Below are positions 9,848 to 16,271 of a stretch of 64,000 bases of DNA, in pieces. A program made the position numbers and the translations under genes. Each line of letters opens with the position of its first letter. Within the stretch, counting starts at the first letter, position 1. The notes beneath the pieces were generated by a model. It saw only the letters and a program-made list of their open reading frames with translations. It was not told the origin of the DNA and ran no database searches. Origin of the DNA: Candidatus Woesearchaeota archaeon (GTDB lineage: Archaea > Nanobdellota > Nanobdellia > Pacearchaeales > GW2011-AR1); the NCBI GenBank assembly GCA_964437555.1, contig CAYTHI010000002.1, positions 7,653 to 71,652 on the forward strand, written 5' to 3'.

Positions 9848-10813
9848 TCATAACTCCCTTATTTCTTCCAATAACTTCATCTTCGCAACAAAAAATCCCT
9901 CTGAATCATTATCCTGCGGATAAATCCTGCATGATTTATCAACATTGCTATCAAACCTTTCATCATTCCATTCTTTAACTCCTGCTCTGCATTTCAAGGG
10001 CAATATTATTTTCTCAATCTCAACAGGAAAATTCCTCAAAGCAAAGTCAATCACAGCTTCATTTTCTTCAGGAGAATGCGTGCAAGTGCTATAAACTAAT
10101 TCTCCTCCGACTTTTAAGCATTTTAAAGCATTTGCAATTAATTTTTTCTGCATCCTTCCCATATTTTTTACAGCATTAATATTCCACATTAAAAAAGTCT
10201 TTGAGCTACTCCTCAAAGTTCCCTCGCCGGAACACGGAGCATCTAATAAGATTTTATCAAATTTAAAGTCGCTTTGGGCAAGCCGCACGCACAAGCCAAC
10301 CGCATCATTCCTAGTTACAATACAATTAGTAACTCCGCATCTCTCTAAATTGGCATTCAATATTTTTATTCTGTCTATAGAAAGGTCATTGGCAATTAAA
10401 GTTCCTTGATTTTCCATTGTCGCGGCAATTTGAGTAGCTTTTGAGCCAGGAGACGCGCATAAATCAAGAACAAAATCTCCTGCCTGCGGATTTAAAGCAA
10501 GAACACTCATCATGCTTGAAATCTCCTGAATATAATAATAGCCAAGCAAATGCTCAATTGCATTTCCTAATTCCCCGGGCATCAGCTCCTGATCAACTAA
10601 AATTATTTCCTTATGATTAGCAAATGGTCTTTTAACATTCCATTTTTTGCCCAATCTGTTAAAAAGCTTATCTGCATCAATCTTCAAAATATTGCACCTT
10701 ATGAAATTGCGGGGGCTTTTATGTATTATTTTTTCAAAAGCATCAAAATCCCTGCTATCAACAAGCAATTTTTTCATCCTTTCTTCAAATAAAGGCTTCA
10801 TTTCAGGTTTCAT
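9848..10813 (-). CDS. RsmB/NOL1/NOP2 family RNA m5C methyltransferase
   Basis: YYIQEISSM, VLDLCASPGSK, ILLDAPCSGEG, VYSTCT..PEENE. Confidence 0.95.
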   Translation of the reverse strand: MKPEMKPLFEERMKKLLVDSRDFDAFEKIIHKSPRNFIRCNILKIDADKLFNRLGKKWNVKRPFANHKEIILVDQELMPGELGNAIEHLLGYYYIQEISSMMSVLALNPQAGDFVLDLCASPGSKATQIAATMENQGTLIANDLSIDRIKILNANLERCGVTNCIVTRNDAVGLCVRLAQSDFKFDKILLDAPCSGEGTLRSSSKTFLMWNINAVKNMGRMQKKLIANALKCLKVGGELVYSTCTHSPEENEAVIDFALRNFPVEIEKIILPLKCRAGVKEWNDERFDSNVDKSCRIYPQDNDSEGFFVAKMKLLEEIREL

Positions 10814-10891
10814 AAGTTTAAGAGAAATCCAGTAGTTTTAAAGGCTTGCAAGTCAGAAACATTATTATATTAAATAAAATTAATCATTGCA

Positions 10892-12655
10892 ATGAAACTA
10901 AAAAGAGGGATAATAATTGCTATAATCCTTATTGCAATAATCATTGCGTTTGTATTATACAAAAAAGAAATACTGCAATTTGGGGAAGACAATGAAAAAA
11001 GCAATTACATTCCAGGCCAGGCATCTATCGGATATATAGGATGCTCAAACACAAGAGAAACAGTTGAAGGCTATCACAGAGTAGGCGGAGGAGACATGTG
11101 GGATTATGATAAAAGATATGATTCAGGCGCTGTTAAAGACTGGGCGCTGGATGCAGAGCCGGAAAAAAGATATTGGAATGTCTTTGATGAGCTTCTTGAA
11201 GAAAATCCGAAAACTAAATTTATATGGTGGGAGCTCTGCATACGCGATGATGAAAGGGAAACAAATTATGAGCAAGCCCAGATTATTTTAAATGAAATCA
11301 GGCAGCGAATTCCTGATGCAGTAATTTATGTCTCTGCACTGGCAGATTATACAGAGGGGGTGTGCGAAATAACAGGCACATTCGGGATAGAAAAAGCAAA
11401 AGAATTAGTCCGGGAATTAGAAAATAATAACGCTGATGTATTTCCAGGCCCTGTGCTTGGCCCTATGGCTCCAATTGATACTGCAAAAGACGGCTGCCAT
11501 CTAAGCAGCCCTGATGGAAAAAGAAAATTAGGAAACCAGATGAAAAAATTCTTTGATAATGAAATGAAAACAGATGATAATGAGCTTTCCTTTGAGGAAA
11601 AAGTCTGGCAGCAGAGAATTGACGCTGCTGTTGCTCCTGTAAATTGCCCTGCAGCAACTCGAAGAACATATCCTCAAGGATATTATGCGGAAAAATTGAT
11701 TGATACTCATTTTCATATTGCTAACATTCCTGATTCAACGCCAAGGGAATTTGAAAAAGGATATCAGGAAGAAAGCGAGCATCCGAGATTAGGAAAAGAT
11801 ATTAGCATCGCAGATATTGTCTGCACTTTAGAGCATGAAGGAACAGCAAAGGCTCTCGGCTTCTTCCCCTTGTATAGGGAAATCCAAGAACAAATGGCTC
11901 AAGTTGTATATGAAACAATGCAAAAATACCCTGACAAATTTATTCCATTTATCATGCCTCCTGATAATGATGGCAGCCCTGATGGATTTCCAACAGTAGA
12001 AGCACAAACCTTGCAGGAAATGCTCAATATTTATCCTGGCTTGTTTGAAGGATACGGAGAAATTGGCTTATATGCGCGGGGAGACAATGGAGGCCCGACA
12101 GGCGCCCCAGAGCTCCCTCCAGACTCTCAAAGGCTTGCTGATATTTATCCAATAATCAGAGAAAATAATTTAGTTATTTACTTTCATTTAGGAGAAGGGC
12201 AAAAGGAAAGTTTTGAAACAGCCTTGACAGCAAATCCTGATATTAATTTCATCTGGCATGGAGACCAATTAATCCCATATGAAAATGGCATTCAAAACTT
12301 AGAGCATATTGATGATATTTTAAGCAATCATCCAAATGCATATTACGGAATAGATGAATTATATGGAGACATCTGGCTTCTCCGCCCTGAAGTCAGCAAG
12401 GAAGAATTTTTAGCGCATTTTGAAAATCAGGAAGAATTATTGGAAAAAGACCTTGCTACATGGAAAAATTTTATAGACTCCCATCCTAATCAGGTATTAT
12501 GGGGAACAGACAGGGGATGGAGTTCCAAATGGTCAATAGATAAAGATGTCGGAATAACATTATCTGATTACACCCGCGCTTTCATCGGCAGGCTCTCCCC
12601 AGATGTTCAGGAAAAATTCGCCTACAAAAATGCCGAGAGATTGTTTGGCGAATAA
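10892..12655 (+). CDS. membrane-anchored two-domain protein: SGNH-like N-domain plus amidohydrolase-family TIM barrel
   Basis: N-terminal TM; IGCSN and DGCH motifs; IDTHFH, GYGEIG, FHLGE, LWGTD, KFAYKNAERL amidohydrolase motifs. Confidence 0.7.
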   Translation: MKLKRGIIIAIILIAIIIAFVLYKKEILQFGEDNEKSNYIPGQASIGYIGCSNTRETVEGYHRVGGGDMWDYDKRYDSGAVKDWALDAEPEKRYWNVFDELLEENPKTKFIWWELCIRDDERETNYEQAQIILNEIRQRIPDAVIYVSALADYTEGVCEITGTFGIEKAKELVRELENNNADVFPGPVLGPMAPIDTAKDGCHLSSPDGKRKLGNQMKKFFDNEMKTDDNELSFEEKVWQQRIDAAVAPVNCPAATRRTYPQGYYAEKLIDTHFHIANIPDSTPREFEKGYQEESEHPRLGKDISIADIVCTLEHEGTAKALGFFPLYREIQEQMAQVVYETMQKYPDKFIPFIMPPDNDGSPDGFPTVEAQTLQEMLNIYPGLFEGYGEIGLYARGDNGGPTGAPELPPDSQRLADIYPIIRENNLVIYFHLGEGQKESFETALTANPDINFIWHGDQLIPYENGIQNLEHIDDILSNHPNAYYGIDELYGDIWLLRPEVSKEEFLAHFENQEELLEKDLATWKNFIDSHPNQVLWGTDRGWSSKWSIDKDVGITLSDYTRAFIGRLSPDVQEKFAYKNAERLFGE

Positions 12656-12665
12656 TTAATTAAAT

Positions 12666-12723
12666 AAAAATTTGGGCGGAGAAACCTGCAAGGTTTCGGA
12701 ACCGTTAAATTCCTGTTAATTGC
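12666..12723 (-). repeat. truncated attC-like site A (array-distal)
   Basis: Closely matches 14075-14127, with a compensatory change in the hairpin (GAAACCT-GCA-AGGTTTC vs AAAACCT-GCA-AGGTTTT); ends in GTTAATTGC (12715-12723). Confidence 0.7.
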
Positions 12724-12880
12724 CCCGAGCCGATAGGCGAGAGCGCAGCGTGGTCGAGGCAAAGCCGAAGAAGTTTTCAAAAATCCGTCATCAAGGGCGA
12801 AGCCCCATAAATTCAAATGTTTTAGAGGGGGAACTTTTTATTTTTAATAGTCATTTAGGGGTAGTAAAATTATAGAAAGC

Positions 12881-12888
12881 TTTATAAA
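12881..12888 (+). promoter_or_regulatory. TATA box of cassette-1 gene
   Basis: GAAAGC-TTTATAAA, 22 nt before ATG 12911. Confidence 0.6.
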
Positions 12889-12910
12889 GTATCAGTTAAT
12901 TCAAATACTT

Positions 12911-13885
12911 ATGGAATTAGAGATTATTACAGAAAGAGAATCAAGCCCGTTTAGAAATATCTTTCCTGAAATATCTGAACATTCAAATGGTAGAAGGTAT
13001 GGACAAGACCTGAAAAAAATGGAACAAGTTATGGGCGAATTCTTAGATTCATTACACTTACCGAGAGATTCACGAACTTTAGAGATTGGAGCAGGACATG
13101 GGCAAGAACCATCTAAAGCACTTCTTGCATTAGGAGCGAAACCAGCGACATTAGATGCTGATTGGAATGAGTATTGTAAAGGAACTATTCCAACAACTAA
13201 GGATTTAGATAGAATTGGAGAAGCACAATTATATCCTATGTTGGCTGGTCAAAATGGCGTAAATCATTATCTTGGTGATGTTGCTTTCATTGGAGATGGA
13301 AGAAGCCAATTGAAAAATGAACGATTTGATTTGCTTTTTTATTGGGGGAGTATTCATGGAACTGATTTTTGTTCTTCAGTTCAGCAAAGTAGAACATCAA
13401 AATATGATTTCAAAAGAGATGTTCCATTAAAGGATAGGTTGGTTGCTCCAATTGGTAATGTAGAAAATAGTATGGCTTATGTTTCTGGATTTTTCAACAG
13501 AACAGGAGACCCGCATATGACACCAAAAAATATCATTGCTTTCAACGGCGATATGGTAGATACTGCATTGTTGTGGGCAAATTATGAGAACAGACAGCCA
13601 CACAGGGTTTTGGTTTTTGGTTTATCGCCTGATTTTGCATTTGAATATGTAAGGGGTGTCGGAGACGAATCTTTAATTGATAAACCAACAGACGCCGAAT
13701 ACAGAGAAGCCGTTGATAATGATACCATTGAAAAATTCATGGCAAATCATTGGTCAATGTTTTCTGACTACAAAGCAAAAGATAGTTCAGCGTATAGAAA
13801 AGCTTTGGAAGTCTTTTCTCCAGCACAGCAAAAAGCAATAAGTGATTTGGGTTTGGTGGATTGTGTTGCTGTGCAGTATAAATAA
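12911..13885 (+). CDS. cassette gene 1: putative class I SAM-dependent methyltransferase
   Basis: TLEIGAGHG glycine motif, ATLDAD acidic motif II, FDLLFY. Confidence 0.6.
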   Translation: MELEIITERESSPFRNIFPEISEHSNGRRYGQDLKKMEQVMGEFLDSLHLPRDSRTLEIGAGHGQEPSKALLALGAKPATLDADWNEYCKGTIPTTKDLDRIGEAQLYPMLAGQNGVNHYLGDVAFIGDGRSQLKNERFDLLFYWGSIHGTDFCSSVQQSRTSKYDFKRDVPLKDRLVAPIGNVENSMAYVSGFFNRTGDPHMTPKNIIAFNGDMVDTALLWANYENRQPHRVLVFGLSPDFAFEYVRGVGDESLIDKPTDAEYREAVDNDTIEKFMANHWSMFSDYKAKDSSAYRKALEVFSPAQQKAISDLGLVDCVAVQYK

Positions 13886-13966
13886 TTTCTTTTTTGCAGA
13901 AAAAGACTATCTGTCCGCAGCACTAAAAGTTCCCCCTCTTTCTATGTTTTAGGATTTTTGAAAATT

Positions 13967-14133
13967 GCAATTAACATATGCGATTAAGCGACCTGAAAGG
14001 CTCGAGTGTAGAAATTTTTCCCTCGTGAAACAGAGCTGGAAAAATTGCGGAACGCTCGAGTGTTTTTGCGTAGCAAAAATATGGGTGGAAAAACCTGCAA
14101 GGTTTTGGAACCGCTTAATCTGCTGTTCATTTC
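13967..14133 (-). repeat. complete branched attC-like site B
   Basis: GCAATTAAC(13967-75)...GATTAAGCG(13982-90) pairs with CGCTTAATC(14112-20)...GTTCATTTC(14125-33); internal GNA-triloop hairpins. Confidence 0.75.
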
Positions 14134-14335
14134 TCCCGAATACTTGTAGGGATTACATTTTAGTGCAACGATGCCGAAGGCAAAAATGTAAAGTTAAATC
14201 GGACTTTGGGATGGTGGGACACCATTGAGTTTTATGTATTAGAGGATTCGCCGTCTTTTTGCTTCTTTTTTTCTAAAAAAGAAGTTTGAGATGGGGCTTT
14301 TGCCTTCTTTTTCTAAAAGAAGTTTTAGTAAGATA

Positions 14336-14343
14336 TTTAAATA
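14336..14343 (+). promoter_or_regulatory. TATA box of cassette-2 gene
   Basis: TTTAAATA 20 nt before ATG 14364. Confidence 0.6.
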
Positions 14344-14363
14344 AGTAAACTAATTTTCTTATA

Positions 14364-15083
14364 ATGGACAAATCAAAATATAGTGTTGAAGAAATTATTT
14401 TTAAAAAGTGCCCTATATGCAAAAAAGGAAAAGTAGAAAAATTAGCACCAAGGGGTTTTTTTAGTTTCGCTAAATCTACTAAAATGATTTGTAATAAATG
14501 TTTAGCACAATTCTCTGAAGATGAAGAATATCAAGAGGAACCAACTTACATATTGGATTTATCTGAATCTAATGAAAAGAATAAATATGAAGGTGAAACA
14601 TTAAAGAAAAGTGAATGGGAAAGAGGTATTTCTGATTTGGATTTATGCGTAAAAACAAATAACTTACCAAAAGCAAGTGTAGTCGGTTTGAAAATTATAC
14701 TAAAGCCAGGAGAACAAGCCCATTGGTATTCTTCTTCAAAACTTATGGAAGAAAGAGCAATAAGACGTTCACATGGTGGAGCTGTAAGGGTAATGAAAGG
14801 TGTATATATTGGAGGAAGCCAATCAGAATCTCATGGAGAATTAAGAACAATAGATAATGGGGGATTATTACTCACAAATCAAAGATTAATTTTTAATGGC
14901 GGATTCAAAAATATAGAATATCCTCTTAGTAAAATTGTTTCTGTAGAAGAATATAAAGATTCAATAGAAATAGGTTCAACTAACAGACAGAAAGTTCAGT
15001 TATATGTAGTTCAAGAACCACATAAATGGGCGACATTTGTTAAAATGGCTGTTCAAATGTCCCATAATGTAAAGAAAAAATAA
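14364..15083 (+). CDS. cassette gene 2: zinc-ribbon plus PH-like domain protein
   Basis: CPIC...CNKC; G.LLLTNQRLIF...IEYPLSKIVSVE PH/GRAM-like pattern. Confidence 0.65.
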   Translation: MDKSKYSVEEIIFKKCPICKKGKVEKLAPRGFFSFAKSTKMICNKCLAQFSEDEEYQEEPTYILDLSESNEKNKYEGETLKKSEWERGISDLDLCVKTNNLPKASVVGLKIILKPGEQAHWYSSSKLMEERAIRRSHGGAVRVMKGVYIGGSQSESHGELRTIDNGGLLLTNQRLIFNGGFKNIEYPLSKIVSVEEYKDSIEIGSTNRQKVQLYVVQEPHKWATFVKMAVQMSHNVKKK

Positions 15084-15367
15084 TTCTTAAAATTCATTTC
15101 GGCGAAGCAGACTATTTGTCCGAAGGACGCCCCCATCTCAAGAAAAAAAACTGAAAAATATTTGGGTGTAACGAAGTGAAACCTTTTATCGTTTGTTAGA
15201 TGAAGTGCGAAGCATTTCATAGCCGTTTTTTGGTCCGATAAAAGAAGTATTTTTCTGTTTTTACTTTCTGCGAAGCAGACTATTTGTCGCGAAGCGACCG
15301 AGGCGACTCGCATTTGACAACAATTTCTACTATTGGGTGGGAGAGAATTTTTAATTTGGATGCAATC

Positions 15368-15405
15368 TGGGAACATAAAGTTATCCCAAGTAGAGTTGGG
15401 ATAAC
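15368..15405 (-). promoter_or_regulatory. attI-like recombination/binding site upstream of the recombinase
   Basis: Minus strand GGATAAC-TTTAT-GTTCCCA (7-5-7 simple site) overlapping a perfect GTTATCCCAA-N6-TTGGGATAAC palindrome (15380-15405). Confidence 0.6.
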
Positions 15406-15451
15406 ATGCCTAAATACGCATTATCATAAATTATAAATACAATACCATCTA

Positions 15452-16270
15452 ATGCAAAGCATGCAAAAAGAAGAACACCTTAAAAGGCTAAGGCAGGAGC
15501 TTGAGATAAGGAATTTTTCTAAGGAAACAATAAAATCCTACTTAAGTTCAGTCAATAAATTCCTTGATTATTCTAATGGCAATGAAATGAGCCAGCAAAA
15601 AGTCAAAGATTACATACAATCAAGAATAAGCAATAAAAATCCATCTACAATAAGGCAGGGCATATTCGCAATTCAGTTCTTTTTTGATAAGGTTTTAGGC
15701 CAGAAAATATACATTCCAAGGCCTAAAAAGAACAAAACTCTCCCTGAAATACTTACTCTTGAAGAAGCAAAAAAGCTTGTGAATGCTCCTTTAAACCCAA
15801 AACATCAGCTAATATTAAAAATTTTGTACGGATGCGGCTTACGTGTAAGTGAAGTTATAAGTTTGATGAAAAAAGACATTAATTTAGATGAAAGTATGAT
15901 TCACATAAGAATGGCAAAAGGAAAAAAGGACAGGTTCGTAAAAATTCCTGAAAGCGTAAAAGAAGAGTTAGAGCATTATGCGGTTCTTAACAAAGAAGAA
16001 CTCTTATTCCCCTCGCAAAGAGGCGGAAAGCTTACAACAGCAGGAATTCAGGCAATAGTTGAAAAATCAGCCAAAAAAACAGGAATAAAAAAAGATGTTT
16101 ATCCGCACCTGCTAAGGCATAGTTTTGCAACCCATCTCCTTGAGCAGGGCACAGACTTAAGAATAATCCAAAAATTATTAGGGCATTCAGATATCAGAAC
16201 TACACAAATGTATCTTCAGATTTCACAGCAATCTATAAAAAACATAAGAAGCCCCTTAGACAGCAAATAA
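15452..16270 (+). CDS. tyrosine recombinase (Xer/integron-integrase-like, 272 aa; start may be 15461)
   Basis: N-terminal LRQELEIRNFSKETIKSY SAM-like domain; catalytic GLRVSE, KGKKDR, HLLRH, LGHS, TTQMY. Confidence 0.95.
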   Translation: MQSMQKEEHLKRLRQELEIRNFSKETIKSYLSSVNKFLDYSNGNEMSQQKVKDYIQSRISNKNPSTIRQGIFAIQFFFDKVLGQKIYIPRPKKNKTLPEILTLEEAKKLVNAPLNPKHQLILKILYGCGLRVSEVISLMKKDINLDESMIHIRMAKGKKDRFVKIPESVKEELEHYAVLNKEELLFPSQRGGKLTTAGIQAIVEKSAKKTGIKKDVYPHLLRHSFATHLLEQGTDLRIIQKLLGHSDIRTTQMYLQISQQSIKNIRSPLDSK

Positions 16271-16271
16271 A

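Larger units (their letters stand above)
12666..16270. mobile_element. integron-like locus: tyrosine recombinase, attI-like site and two gene cassettes with attC-like sites
   Basis: Repeated structured sites with AAC/GTT cores, complementary cassette ends and an adjacent recombinase; see findings. Confidence 0.7.

Noticed and set aside
12847..13910. Group I intron suggested by GACTA/TAGTC (P7-like) pairing
   Set aside because: The order is S-before-R on both strands, no P/Q elements or interrupted host gene are visible, and loops are GNA triloops rather than GNRA
13965..14228. 87-aa ORF (also 12622..12816 and 15053..15376)
   Set aside because: They lie over the structured attC-like and flank elements, have no protein motifs, and are best explained as shadow ORFs
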